From: Tortispora ganteri
Lineage: Eukaryota
NCBI GenBank assembly: GCA_003707115.1
Contig: PPNB01000012.1
Location: 124,001 to 188,000 of the forward strand
Direction: 5' to 3'
Length of the DNA stretch: 64,000 bases
The notes under the pieces were generated by a model. It did not search any database and was not told the origin of the DNA. It was given only the letters and a program-made list of their open reading frames with translations. Position numbers and translations under genes: made by a program. Position 1 is the first letter of the stretch; each line of letters begins with the position of its first letter. Below are positions 10,199 through 20,741 of this stretch, in pieces.

Positions 10199-10447
10199 TT
10201 ATCCACCAGACACAGGCGGTATAAATGCGATCTCTGAATGGTCTTGAATTTCAATGCTATCTGTGATATCGACCGTTTCGAGGTTTACCGAGACCTGGCA
10301 AGTATCAACGATTTTACGCACTTTTTCAGAATTATACAATGATATAACTTTGGTTACTAGTTCCTGAAGCGTCAATGGACATTCAAATTCGTCCTTGCTC
10401 TTACCTATAGCTTCTTTCAGTGAAGCAAAGTATAGAACTGTGATCAT
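10199..10447 (-). CDS. MOCS2A: Molybdopterin synthase sulfur-carrier small subunit (MoaD/MOCS2A/CnxG)
   Basis: 82 aa ubiquitin-like protein, ITVLYFASLKE at the start and IAFIPPVSGG at the C-terminus. Confidence 0.88.
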   Translation of the reverse strand: MITVLYFASLKEAIGKSKDEFECPLTLQELVTKVISLYNSEKVRKIVDTCQVSVNLETVDITDSIEIQDHSEIAFIPPVSGG

Positions 10448-10571
10448 ATGTTAGGTTCTAGGTCTATGTCAGGGTGTATTAGTATATGTGACATTCTGTA
10501 AATTATAACTATAAAATTAAAGTTTGAAAAATAGTTTTATATTATATTGGATTCATTAACAGGCAGATTAT

Positions 10572-10644
10572 GGTTCTATAGTGTAGTCGGTTATCACAGT
10601 GGATTCTGATTCCACTAACCCCGGTTCGAATCCGGGTAGGACCT
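10572..10644 (+). tRNA. tRNA-Gln (anticodon CUG), intronless
   Basis: Acceptor GGTTCTA/TAGGACC, anticodon arm GTGGA-TT-CTG-AT-TCCAC, T-arm GGTTCGAATCC, followed by a T-run Pol III terminator. Confidence 0.97.
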
Positions 10645-10783
10645 TTTTTTTTGGTTGATTATATCAGCTAGCTGCCATTGAGGCTCTATTTATACTGTTA
10701 TCTATTCTTAAAGCATAGTGCATATTTGGGACTCAGAGACTTATTTGCCACGGACATACCACAGCTGTCATTCCAATCAAAGG

Positions 10784-11458
10784 ATGAATCTCATTGTCAA
10801 TAACGATCTGTTCGCGCAAATCGGCAGCCAACCTGTCGAATTACCGTTTATTTTCAGAGAATACTCTGCAGATCAGCTGCCTGAACCTACTGAGATTACA
10901 GAAAAGTGTAAGAAGTTCATTGGAGATGTTCAAAAATGGGATAAATGGAAGAAGTATGGTCCAATTCAGACATACATGCGTATGTTCGGCGACGAATACT
11001 GGTTCGCAAGATACTCTACGCATGTAGAGCCTCTATCACACTTCAAAGGCCTGCTTGAAGACCATACAAAACATGAAGTCGAATACATACCAACGGCTGA
11101 GTCATATAGGACTATTGCCACCAAGGGCGACTGGACATGTTTCGGTATACAGTATTCACTGCCATTTCCTTTCAAAAAGCGAGAAATGGTTGAATGGATC
11201 ACAACAATCGATATGAACGATGCGTTCCTCATCATTTCATTTCCGAGCAATATATCTGCGACTCCTAATACCGTCAAAGGCAAGTATTTGTCTATAGAGT
11301 ACCTTTACAACGACGGGGTACTGACTCACTGGACAATGGCTTGCTGTTCTGACCCTGGTGGATTCATCACCAAGAGAATGCAGAAGATGGCTATGTCTAA
11401 AGAGATAGCTCATGACGTTCCCTACTATCTAAAGTGGGCAGAGAAATTACATAAATAG
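10784..11458 (+). CDS. START/Bet v1-like fungal protein, DUF3074-like
   Basis: EYWFARYSTH, HTKHEVEYIP, VKGKYLSIEY, WTMACCSDPGGFI...IAHDVPYYLKW resemble the DUF3074 pattern. First ATG is at 10784. Confidence 0.7.
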   Translation: MNLIVNNDLFAQIGSQPVELPFIFREYSADQLPEPTEITEKCKKFIGDVQKWDKWKKYGPIQTYMRMFGDEYWFARYSTHVEPLSHFKGLLEDHTKHEVEYIPTAESYRTIATKGDWTCFGIQYSLPFPFKKREMVEWITTIDMNDAFLIISFPSNISATPNTVKGKYLSIEYLYNDGVLTHWTMACCSDPGGFITKRMQKMAMSKEIAHDVPYYLKWAEKLHK

Positions 11459-11482
11459 CATAAACCCATAAACACAATCTGG

Positions 11483-13756
11483 TCAAGATGAAGAAGCCCC
11501 AATGACTTCCCATTTGGTATTGGTCACTTCTGCTAGACGATCTAGCAGTACTTCCATCGGCGTAAATAAACCAAACTCTCTGAATTCACCGTCGTATGCA
11601 TGAAGCATACCTACAACGGACAAACCAGGACCAGATGAAGAATCGTCGTTACTGTGAAGAATCCATGCGCCAGAGTCACCACCAGAAGCAAACAGCGGCT
11701 GTGGAGCAGCTACTACAAACTCACTGGTTTTTAATTCTCCGTTCGCCCAGTACACAACTCGAGGACCATTAATGCGCCCTGAGGTATACTTACTCGTTGA
11801 ACCGTATTTAAACACTCGAGCTCCTGCTCCTATGTAATTGGGCGATGATGGGTCAACAGATGCAACCTTCTTGACCACAGTACCATCAAATATTAAACTT
11901 GGATCGTACTCAGTAAAGTCAATATCATCTCCAAGTGTATTCGTTACTTCCTTTGTAGTGTTGCATTGGATAACAGCTAGATCAATCATCGTACCGTTGA
12001 CAGGTCGACGTTCACCCCACAAAACTTCTCCAAAAGTCGTATTTGGAGTGTTTCTACCAGTAGCAGCCTGTCGGGGAAAGAATCCATCTAACTCTTGAAT
12101 AGCTTTCTTGTAAACTTCTGCTTGCCGGCTCTCGGATGTGTATCTCTGCGATTCACGGAATAAAGTCTCACGATACATGTTAATCAACACAGCACTAGGC
12201 ACTGAGATCCGTGGTTTTTTAGTTCCGTAAGATTCAGTCAAACATACATGAGCACATGACATTGCATACACATTGCCGTTTCCTTCATTGTTTTTATCCT
12301 TAAAGTCCGATACGGGTCTGATATAGCCGCCAAACGTGCCAGAAATGGTTTCTGCCACATCCACCGATAGAGAAACAGATATCGGAGGCCGTTCGAGGTC
12401 AGAAGGAACGCGGAACGGCGTCTTCAATACCGATCCTATTCTGATACTGTGTGTACTAATCGATCTGTTCGATTTTCCTGATTTTCCTGACGAATGAGAC
12501 CCACGATGCGACATAGCACCCTCTATGATCGAATCATGCCTGCACATGAAGTGAACATTAGAGACCAGCTCTGTCAAAACTTCGATTTGTTCCAAGCAAT
12601 AGGATGGCAGATTTTCAGGAGGTTTTAGTCCCAGAGTCTCTTGCGGTGATTTCTCAGCATCAGAAGGGATGCCAAACACAACAGTCGGAATACAAAAACC
12701 TGGAGAGAATCCGCGACATACAGGAGCAAGGTACGCGCCTTCTCTGTCGAGTATGTCTTTGGCTCTTGGGTCGTTCACGAGGGAGTTGACTACTTCTAAA
12801 ACGCGGTTCCAAGCTACTGAACAAGCAGATGGCTCTTCGTCTTCGCTTTGTAAAGGAACGTAGCTGCTTGCAGGGAAGTTAGTAGGGTAAGGAAGCGAGT
12901 TTCTGTTCTGTGGCACTAAACCAAGTTTCAAACCCAAGTTGGATGTCGCAAACATTAGGGTACTCTTAGCGTTGTTCATTTCACTATCATTTTGTGCAGT
13001 ACCAAGCTCTCCTTGCGGAGCTGGACCAATAGGAGAGTTGGCATCAGGTACGAGAACGTTGTCGCAAAGATGCAAGGAAATCTTAAGGATCTGGATCAGT
13101 TCCGGCATATCGTCGAGCGTCAAGGAACGCATAAGAGGTGTGAGATATAGAAACTGAATAGCGGGAATAGATAATGATTCTTTAATAAATTTGGTAATAA
13201 CGAAAGCAGAAGAGATGGCGTTTTTGTGATTAACCCTATAGTGTTGGTACTCTGCGGTTATTTCGCCTGCTAGGTATGTCAATGCTTCGCGGAGTTGCTG
13301 GTGATGCTCGACAATTGAACCGGGAGTACCATATTGCATAGCTTTTGCGTTAGAATCCACACGGTCTGGCCAAGTGGGTGTGAAGGGAAACTGTGCATAC
13401 GAAGTTGTCGTCGATCCGGATCGGCGTTCACGGGGTAGTTTTGATCCAAGAGCGGCTTTCAGGGGTTTACCGAGTTTGCGCACTTTTGCCTTATACATTG
13501 TTAGGCGATCAGTAGTGTATTCGGAGGCAATCGATGAAGCGCCCGTTAGACGACTTAGAGCATCTGTTGAAGCTGTTGACGCCGTAAATGCCGATTCTGT
13601 TAATGAAGGCACTGAGAAGACGGACATGGTGTCCATTCCGGCGGGTGGACGGTCTGATTGTTGATCTGTCACAGGAACTTCGTGATGAACAGGTAGTTGC
13701 ATTCGTCGAAACCCGCGGCCTTGGCCACTACGTCCTTGTTGAGGAGGTGAAGACAT
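11483..13756 (-). CDS. SSY5: SPS-sensor serine protease Ssy5 (peptidase S64)
   Basis: Catalytic motifs SCAHV, IDLAVI, FASGGDSGAWIL, plus VFKYGSTSKYTSGRING and GMLHAYDGEFREFGLFTP. Confidence 0.9.
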   Translation of the reverse strand: MSSPPQQGRSGQGRGFRRMQLPVHHEVPVTDQQSDRPPAGMDTMSVFSVPSLTESAFTASTASTDALSRLTGASSIASEYTTDRLTMYKAKVRKLGKPLKAALGSKLPRERRSGSTTTSYAQFPFTPTWPDRVDSNAKAMQYGTPGSIVEHHQQLREALTYLAGEITAEYQHYRVNHKNAISSAFVITKFIKESLSIPAIQFLYLTPLMRSLTLDDMPELIQILKISLHLCDNVLVPDANSPIGPAPQGELGTAQNDSEMNNAKSTLMFATSNLGLKLGLVPQNRNSLPYPTNFPASSYVPLQSEDEEPSACSVAWNRVLEVVNSLVNDPRAKDILDREGAYLAPVCRGFSPGFCIPTVVFGIPSDAEKSPQETLGLKPPENLPSYCLEQIEVLTELVSNVHFMCRHDSIIEGAMSHRGSHSSGKSGKSNRSISTHSIRIGSVLKTPFRVPSDLERPPISVSLSVDVAETISGTFGGYIRPVSDFKDKNNEGNGNVYAMSCAHVCLTESYGTKKPRISVPSAVLINMYRETLFRESQRYTSESRQAEVYKKAIQELDGFFPRQAATGRNTPNTTFGEVLWGERRPVNGTMIDLAVIQCNTTKEVTNTLGDDIDFTEYDPSLIFDGTVVKKVASVDPSSPNYIGAGARVFKYGSTSKYTSGRINGPRVVYWANGELKTSEFVVAAPQPLFASGGDSGAWILHSNDDSSSGPGLSVVGMLHAYDGEFREFGLFTPMEVLLDRLAEVTNTKWEVIGASSS

Positions 13757-14129
13757 CTAAAATCGTTTAGTAAAGAAGTGGGTCCTTCTGATCAGCCTAA
13801 TGCTATATAAGCTTTTAGTATTGACCCTCAACCCTAGTGCCGTGCAGTGCGATTGATTGTTTCTGACACAGGTTTGTCGATGCTAACAAATAGTATAGCA
13901 GTGTTGTTGTTTTCCTTTTAACGGTTTATAAAGCTTTGTCAAAAGATTAAATTGAAGTGATTTGTATTTAAAGTATGGCTGTATATGTACGGCGACTACA
14001 AATAGCGGAGTCGCCCGTTATGACAGGAACGGAAATGTAGAAAGTTTATTTCATACTGTGAACCAATCAGAAGTTTTCACTGAGCGTCACAACTTGCTCC
14101 ACCACTCTGCCATATACATTGCAATAATA

Positions 14130-15902
14130 ATGGCTGAGTTGAAGGACAACTGGGCAGCATTGCCTACTACGGAAAGATCACGTCCTGTGCATTTATCATT
14201 TGACGTAAAGTCTAGGAGAATTGCGTATGCTGCAAACAAGAGCGTGTTCTTACGCAATATTGACACACCCGAAAAGTGTCTGCAGTACAATGGACATATT
14301 GCGAGCACTTCAGTAGCCAAATTCTCGCCCTCGGGTTTCTATGTGGCTTCGGGCGATATATCGGGCAAGGTCCGCGTATGGGATTGTGTGGGTGAAGATC
14401 TCATACTCAAGGGTGAGTACAGCGCTATCTCAGGTCGCATAAATGACCTGGCATGGGATGCAGATTCCTCTAGGATAATTGCCGTTGGCGACGGCAAGGA
14501 AAGGTATGGCCATTGTTTTACGGCTGACTCTGGAAACTCTGTTGGCGAAATTGCAGGTCACTCTGCTGTCGTCAATGCTGTCGCCATTCGCCCTGTCAGA
14601 CCTTATAAAGCCGCAACTGTGTCAGACGACTCCAGTCTCGTTTTCTACAATGGACCTCCCTTCAAATTCAAGTCTGCCGTCCGTGGCCACCATACAAACT
14701 TCTGCAATGATGTCGCATATTCTCCCGATGGCACAATGCTTGTTTCTGTCGGCTCAGACCGTCGCATCATCTCATACGACCCTATAACGGGCGATTTCAA
14801 GGAGATTATCAACTCTGACAGCCACACTGGATCTATCTTCGCCATATCTTGGAATCCTAACTCTACAAAGTTTGCTACAAGCTCTGCAGACGGTACAATC
14901 AAGTTGTGGAATGTTAACGGAGAACTCGACCAGACTTTTATCGCTCCTTCAGGCGACCACCAGGTCGGCGTCGTTCATACCGACGAAAACACCCTCGTAT
15001 CACTTTCCCTGGATGGAACTCTCTATTACTTCACGTACGGCACAGAGTCTCCTACCAGGATAATATCCGGCCACCAGAAGGCCATCACTGCTGCAACTTT
15101 GTCAGCCGGACGCCTTATAACTGGAAGCTACGACGGCAGAATCGTCTCCTGGACCCTTGACGGTTCTCCTACTCTAGTAGCAGGAGACGGACCTTCTAAC
15201 CTAGTAGCCTCTTTGCAGTCTGCGCCCGATTGCGTGCTAGCTGTATCCTGGGACGACACGTTGAGATCCATTAGCGATGGTTCTTTCTCTGGTTTGGTAT
15301 CTATTGGCGCTCAACCGAAAGGCTTGGGTATACTGCCGGACAATCACGCCGTGGTTCTAACGGAAACAGAGATTATAGTGTACAAATGTTCGCCTATCTG
15401 TCGGATTACATCGCTGACTGTCTCAGCTGCAGTGTCACTGTCTATTTCTGAGGATCTGATTGCAGTTGGCTCAGGTTCTTCGCTATCTCTTTATCGTTTT
15501 GTAGGTGGTGAGCTGAAGCCAGAGTCTTCAGCGTTCCCTGCGACAACTTCTCAGATATCTGTCATATCATTGTCTCCAGATGGATCATTGCTGGCGGCAG
15601 GCACTGTCAGTGGAAAGATCATTCTCTATAATGTCAAAGAATACACCATTATTACTTCCCGCTGGGCATTCCACACAGGCCGCATCACCTCAATCTCCTG
15701 GAATGCTGCATCGACGCATGTCGTTACCTCTAGTCTTGACACGAATGTATTCGTCTACTCAGTAGCCAAACCAGGCAAAAATCTGAAAATATCAAACGCG
15801 CACAAAGAAGGCGCTCTATATGCGCAGTTTAAATCCGACTCAGAGGTCTTTAGTGTGGGCGCAGACGCATGTGTTAAATCGTGGTCAGTAACTCTACCAT
15901 AG
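14130..15902 (+). CDS. AIP1: Actin-interacting protein 1 (WD40)
   Basis: ALPTTER start, VAKFSPSGFYVASGD, FYNGPPFKF, SRWAFHTGRI. First ATG is at 14130. Confidence 0.92.
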   Translation: MAELKDNWAALPTTERSRPVHLSFDVKSRRIAYAANKSVFLRNIDTPEKCLQYNGHIASTSVAKFSPSGFYVASGDISGKVRVWDCVGEDLILKGEYSAISGRINDLAWDADSSRIIAVGDGKERYGHCFTADSGNSVGEIAGHSAVVNAVAIRPVRPYKAATVSDDSSLVFYNGPPFKFKSAVRGHHTNFCNDVAYSPDGTMLVSVGSDRRIISYDPITGDFKEIINSDSHTGSIFAISWNPNSTKFATSSADGTIKLWNVNGELDQTFIAPSGDHQVGVVHTDENTLVSLSLDGTLYYFTYGTESPTRIISGHQKAITAATLSAGRLITGSYDGRIVSWTLDGSPTLVAGDGPSNLVASLQSAPDCVLAVSWDDTLRSISDGSFSGLVSIGAQPKGLGILPDNHAVVLTETEIIVYKCSPICRITSLTVSAAVSLSISEDLIAVGSGSSLSLYRFVGGELKPESSAFPATTSQISVISLSPDGSLLAAGTVSGKIILYNVKEYTIITSRWAFHTGRITSISWNAASTHVVTSSLDTNVFVYSVAKPGKNLKISNAHKEGALYAQFKSDSEVFSVGADACVKSWSVTLP

Positions 15903-15957
15903 AGCGTATAAATTAAATAGAGTCAAGTTAGTAGACGTAGCATTATAAATAAGTAGA

Positions 15958-18366
15958 TTATTTCTTTCGTTTCTTGTATAGTTTCGATATGAAACTTGAT
16001 CCCTGTGATTTAAGCTCTTTGTTCTTGCTCTTGTTGTATTCTACATACGCCATATCGTCCCCACCAGCAAGAGATGACAAGCTGCCTGTTGTTTTGATAG
16101 GCTTCTGTGCTTTACGAACAAATGCATTGGATCCGCGACCGATCGCATCATCAGCATCGTCGCCACGTTCCACCATTCCAGCTTCCTCGTTTTGTAGCAG
16201 TACTTCCTGTAGCAGTTCACGTCGCTCTCGAGCTGTGCTATAAGCCAAGTCCGGAAGTTTGTCTAGACCTTGCAGATGTGTAATCACTTTGAATGCATAG
16301 CCTTGATCAACAAGGAATGCTTGCCGTTTTGTTGAGTAGTACATTTCTTGCGTGTCTTTAGAAACAAGCGAGTAGAAGAAGGCATTGAATCCTTCGTCGT
16401 TTCGTCTCTTAGCTCGTAAAATTCGTCCTAATCGCTGCGCCTCCTGTCTTCGAGAACCATAATGTGATGATATTTGGATTAGGCATGTTGCCTCAGGCAG
16501 GTCTATAGAAGTATCACCTACTTTCGACAAAAAGATCGTGTTGATCTCAGGGTTGTGTTGAAAATTCTTCAGAATTAGCATTCGCTCATGCTGCGGTGTA
16601 CCACCAAAGATGAATGGCTTCTTCAATTTGAGCGCATACGCCTTAAGAGCCCAGACATTATCTGAAAAAACGATGATCTTGTCACCGCGTTGTTCATGGT
16701 AATGTATAAGAAACTGACACGCCTGGAACTTTGTAGGATTCATGACATAAAGCAGCATGCGTTTCCTCGATGTTTCTCTCAAATATTCTTGATAAAATTC
16801 GCTCGTCATTGGACACCATACTTCAGCGCATTGGACATTTGCAATGTGGCCTTGACGAGACAAGTCCATCCAGTTGGCTTCATAAAGTTTAGGACCAATG
16901 AGAAAGTTGAGATCGTCAATCTTGTCATCCTCGCGCACCAGTGTAGCCGTAAGACCGAGCTTCGCATGAGCAGCAATAGTGCTAACTACACGACGAAACA
17001 TGGCAGCGGGTACGACGTGTACTTCATCAAGGATAATAAAACCCCATTCTCGTGAAGTGAGAAAATCCATCATTTTCTGGGAATCATAAGATCTGTTTCG
17101 AGTATTAGCCACCATTGAATAAGTCGAGACAACTAAACCGGTTTCGGTAGAGAACCACTCTTTATGTTCAGATGTGAATACAGCTATACTGTCCGGCTGG
17201 ATGGTGCTCCACTGTAGAAATTGCTGGCGCCACTGCATGACAGAAACAGATGATGTACAAAGAACAACAACTCCCTTTTTCACCGTACAGGCAGCAGTGA
17301 TGCCTACCAGTGTTTTACCAGCCCCACAAGGCAGTACAATAATTCCAGAGCGAGCTCGACCATTTCCAAACATTTTGCTCAAGCTTTTCTCCTGGTAAGG
17401 TCGAATTTGAGTTGACGGCTTAAGGTCAATTTCAAGGTCGGGATTACGTTGATCGTTTCTGAAATCGTATTCTTCGAGTAGAGGATAATCTATTTCCTGG
17501 CACCTTTTTTTAACCACTTCGATAGAATCAGCGGGAACTTCGAAGGAATGGACCGTATCTTGATCTTCTTCGTCCTGATCGTCACCAACGACTGTTTCAA
17601 ATAAGTTCTCAATTTTATCATTATGTTCAGATTTATGTTGAAGTTCACCTGCAGAAGTATCTGGTTTCTTAGTTCCGGGGATGACCAGATCACCTTTTGT
17701 GGGGGCCTTTTCGGAATTAAGTTGATCGGCACCATCAGAGACGACGCGGAGCGATGCGATTGTGGGATCTGAGAGCAGAGTCTTGAGTATATCTGCAGAA
17801 GAAGATTCTATGTAATAGTGGTTGTGTTTGAGGATGAGTTTAACTTTGCCGACGGAGGCGGTATATGTGTGTATGAAGTTTATGAGGCTTTCAGTGACGG
17901 GGACTTTAGAGAGACGATCTAAGACGGATATGATATCTGCGGGTTCGAGCCCAACGGAGACGGCGGCATATAGAGAGTAAGGCGTCAAGCGGTACTCGTG
18001 AATATGAGTTGGTCTCGACACGGGTTCTGCGATTGTGATGAGGAAGTCTTGGGCTTGTTCTGCGAGGGGACTGAACGATTCCAAGATGATACGACCATCG
18101 ATCGGGTTGATCCAGAGTGGGCGGGCTGCGTGATCGGGTTTCAGCGAAAGGAATGAGAAATCGTGCTTGCCAAATCTGTTAGATACAGAATCACCTTTGA
18201 AGTCTGAGGGTATGCTAAGGATCTCGCCTTTAGTTGCTTTGGGTATTGAGTATGTTATTTTTATCTTTGGAGCGGGCAGATTTGTAATATCTTCGTCTGA
18301 ATCAGACCTCGAATCAGACGATATATTAGAGAAATCGCCGTCAGAGAGTCCATCGTGTGAAGACAT
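15958..18366 (-). CDS. SSL2: TFIIH XPB helicase
   Basis: [50 protein letters not shown]. Confidence 0.97.
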   Translation of the reverse strand: MSSHDGLSDGDFSNISSDSRSDSDEDITNLPAPKIKITYSIPKATKGEILSIPSDFKGDSVSNRFGKHDFSFLSLKPDHAARPLWINPIDGRIILESFSPLAEQAQDFLITIAEPVSRPTHIHEYRLTPYSLYAAVSVGLEPADIISVLDRLSKVPVTESLINFIHTYTASVGKVKLILKHNHYYIESSSADILKTLLSDPTIASLRVVSDGADQLNSEKAPTKGDLVIPGTKKPDTSAGELQHKSEHNDKIENLFETVVGDDQDEEDQDTVHSFEVPADSIEVVKKRCQEIDYPLLEEYDFRNDQRNPDLEIDLKPSTQIRPYQEKSLSKMFGNGRARSGIIVLPCGAGKTLVGITAACTVKKGVVVLCTSSVSVMQWRQQFLQWSTIQPDSIAVFTSEHKEWFSTETGLVVSTYSMVANTRNRSYDSQKMMDFLTSREWGFIILDEVHVVPAAMFRRVVSTIAAHAKLGLTATLVREDDKIDDLNFLIGPKLYEANWMDLSRQGHIANVQCAEVWCPMTSEFYQEYLRETSRKRMLLYVMNPTKFQACQFLIHYHEQRGDKIIVFSDNVWALKAYALKLKKPFIFGGTPQHERMLILKNFQHNPEINTIFLSKVGDTSIDLPEATCLIQISSHYGSRRQEAQRLGRILRAKRRNDEGFNAFFYSLVSKDTQEMYYSTKRQAFLVDQGYAFKVITHLQGLDKLPDLAYSTARERRELLQEVLLQNEEAGMVERGDDADDAIGRGSNAFVRKAQKPIKTTGSLSSLAGGDDMAYVEYNKSKNKELKSQGSSFISKLYKKRKK

Positions 18367-18561
18367 TGGCTCACGAAGGCAAAAAGGATGGCGATGGCGA
18401 AGTCGAAGTAGGAATGTGGTGGTGGGGGATTCAATAATTTAAGGTTTATTCGCCAAATGACCCCCGATATTAACACCGGGTGGATCACAAAACACCTTTT
18501 CCTCACCAACAACAGGCCAGTCCCCGACCGCACTTTCGTAATTCACTTATATTCTCAATAA

Positions 18562-18993
18562 ATGTCTGTTTCTTGTATTTTTTGCAAAATCGTTAAAGGT
18601 GAGATCCCTAGTTTCAAACTTTACGAGTCTGCAAAGACATTTGCCTTTCTTGATATCGGCCCGACGTCCAAGGGTCATGCCTTGGTCATTCCGAAGTATC
18701 ATGGCGCAAAACTTCACAATATCCCCGACGAAGACCTTGTTGAGTTGCTTCCCGTCGCGAAGAAAATCGCTAAAGCACTCGAGGTAGACATAGACGGACC
18801 CGACGGTATAGGGTACAATATCTTGCAAAACAACGGCAGGATCGCGCATCAGATGGTCGATCACCTCCACGTTCATGTGATCCCTAAACGTACCGAGAAG
18901 GAAGGACTAGTAGTTGGCTGGCCAACCTACGAAACCAATATGGATGAGCTCAAAAGCCTTCAAGAGAATATTCTTGCCAAACTTGACCAATAG
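18562..18993 (+). CDS. HNT1: HIT-family adenosine 5'-monophosphoramidase
   Basis: CIFCKIVKGEIPS, AFLDIGP, histidine triad HLHVHVIP. Confidence 0.95.
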   Translation: MSVSCIFCKIVKGEIPSFKLYESAKTFAFLDIGPTSKGHALVIPKYHGAKLHNIPDEDLVELLPVAKKIAKALEVDIDGPDGIGYNILQNNGRIAHQMVDHLHVHVIPKRTEKEGLVVGWPTYETNMDELKSLQENILAKLDQ

Positions 18994-19079
18994 CCGCATA
19001 GTAACGCCACAAGGGTTTTTCTAAGCTCAACTCAGCTCCGCTCCACTGAGTCATTGGCTCGTTCCGTGCTCGGCATCTC

Positions 19080-20027
19080 TTATCTACGCGTAGACGGTAT
19101 TCTCGTGCCACCTCCTCTCGCTGTCGTAGCTGCTGCTGTCATTGCCCTCGTACCTCTTAAGGACGCAGTTCCCATTGTAGACGGCGTACCTCTAGGCTTT
19201 GTTGCGCCATAGACTGGTCGTCCGCGCGTCGACCGCACCACCGACTCTCTTGGAGGTAGTCGCGAGCCATGCATTGAAGCCACAGGCCGTCCCGAAGTTG
19301 CTGTTGCGGCGCGCATTGCCGACCGCGCTGGTTGTCGCGTAGGGTGCTCAACAAACGTGTCATCTGACACTGTAGACACATCCGCTTGACCGCCAAACCG
19401 GCCCGTCGACGAGCCTAACGATGGCCTATATCCTGATTGAACTGAAGATGTCTGTCTAGATGGAATGCGCGACCGCGGGGTTACTCCAGGTCGCGTTACT
19501 GACCGAGTGTTGACCGCTGGACGTGCTGTGGTCCCCGAGTTAGGCCTGACCGGTATACCGGGCCTGGTTCCGCGTTTCGCAGCTGGACTATAAGCCGCTG
19601 ACACTGGATTTCGTTGGCGTGCAGATTCTGTAACTGTTGTGACTGTCGCGGTTGTCTCGATTGACTGCGGCGTCAGGTCCTCTTCCTCTTGTTGCTGCGA
19701 TTGTGGCTGATCGCGTCCTTGTTGTTGATCCGTATCGTCAGTGAGTATTCTATCAACACCTGGAAAATCTACACACCAAGCGTTCATTTCAAGGCCATAT
19801 AGGAACGCACCGAAATTCTCATTAAATGACCTGACTTGATTATTCAGTACCTGCAAACTCTCGAGATTGACTTCGAAGTCAGATACCGCGTCCGCGAATT
19901 CTTGAATAGTCGGCTCCATCTCGTTAAGAGACCGCGGCAACACAAAATCATGCAATCTCGTCGATTTACGCGTAACGCGATTCGACGATTTACGCAATGG
20001 CGTAACTGGAGCATGCGGTCCTGCCAT
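19080..20027 (-). CDS. DAM1: DASH complex subunit Dam1
   Basis: FADAVSDFEVNLESLQ...FNENFGAFLYGLEMNAWCVDFP followed by a basic disordered tail. Confidence 0.88.
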   Translation of the reverse strand: MAGPHAPVTPLRKSSNRVTRKSTRLHDFVLPRSLNEMEPTIQEFADAVSDFEVNLESLQVLNNQVRSFNENFGAFLYGLEMNAWCVDFPGVDRILTDDTDQQQGRDQPQSQQQEEEDLTPQSIETTATVTTVTESARQRNPVSAAYSPAAKRGTRPGIPVRPNSGTTARPAVNTRSVTRPGVTPRSRIPSRQTSSVQSGYRPSLGSSTGRFGGQADVSTVSDDTFVEHPTRQPARSAMRAATATSGRPVASMHGSRLPPRESVVRSTRGRPVYGATKPRGTPSTMGTASLRGTRAMTAAATTARGGGTRIPSTRR

Positions 20028-20340
20028 AAAATTCCTTTATTATTAAATGTACGCGCCTATATTTACCGCCTAGGGTTAAGAAATTAGGGGAAAGGACGAC
20101 TTTCTATCACATCACACATCTCAGCCTTAACAACCGCCCCCCCCACATTTACTCATCAAAATCTGATATTATCAAGTCCATATAATCCACAAAATCTTCA
20201 TTCTATAAACAAAAATTACTATCTAGTATTGTTATATACATAATTTAGTTTTTTAATTTTTGTTTACCAGATCACCGTCTGCACGTATCTCCAATCTTGC
20301 ACGCTTCGCATTAACCGCTAACATCTAATTCTTCTGGTGA

Positions 20341-20350
20341 ATCACGTGAC
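20341..20350. promoter_or_regulatory. Cbf1-type E-box (ATCACGTGAC) in the DAM1/ASG1 divergent region
   Basis: Exact RTCACGTG match. Confidence 0.45.
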
Positions 20351-20741
20351 TACACTGATTTGATTTCTTTAGTATCTGTGATTGGCTAAAATAATTTCTA
20401 CTTTGGACCTACGTCTGCATTTTTATTTGAACTCAGATCTCCCTCCATCTTGCCGACCATCGACCTTTGACCGCTGCAGCTCGTCGCGACTCCTCCCGCA
20501 ACTTATCGCTGCTCCAATTTATTTGGTGCACATATCAATTAACAGACATATTATATTTATAATAAGAATATTTAATTTGTGTGGTTGTTCTGTGGAGACG
20601 CAAGAACTGCACCGTGTCCTTCTATTCTGCCCCCCGCCATCTCACCACCATTTTCTTCATCGCTCTTGAAACCTCACCTTCTTTACTCTTCACACGCTAC
20701 ATTATACGTGATAGTTCTCAGAAACTTTGCATTAAAACAAA

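Noticed and set aside
10199..10447. URM1 call, or an animal-style bicistronic MOCS2A/MOCS2B locus
   Set aside because: The C-terminus is PPVSGG, not STLHGG. No MoaE-like ORF follows; the next gene is convergent.
13962..14129. 56-codon TTG-initiated N-terminal extension of AIP1
   Set aside because: It has no targeting character, and homology begins at ATG 14130 in a good context.
2460..18150. Alternative yeast genetic code (CUG reassignment)
   Set aside because: CTG sits at conserved Leu positions (ENT3 KALQLL; SSL2 LKPDH). The CUG-anticodon tRNA here is an ordinary tRNA-Gln.
20341..20460. Point centromere suggested by the CDEI-like ATCACGTG
   Set aside because: There is no >90% AT CDEII or CDEIII on either side. 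It is better read as a Cbf1 promoter site.
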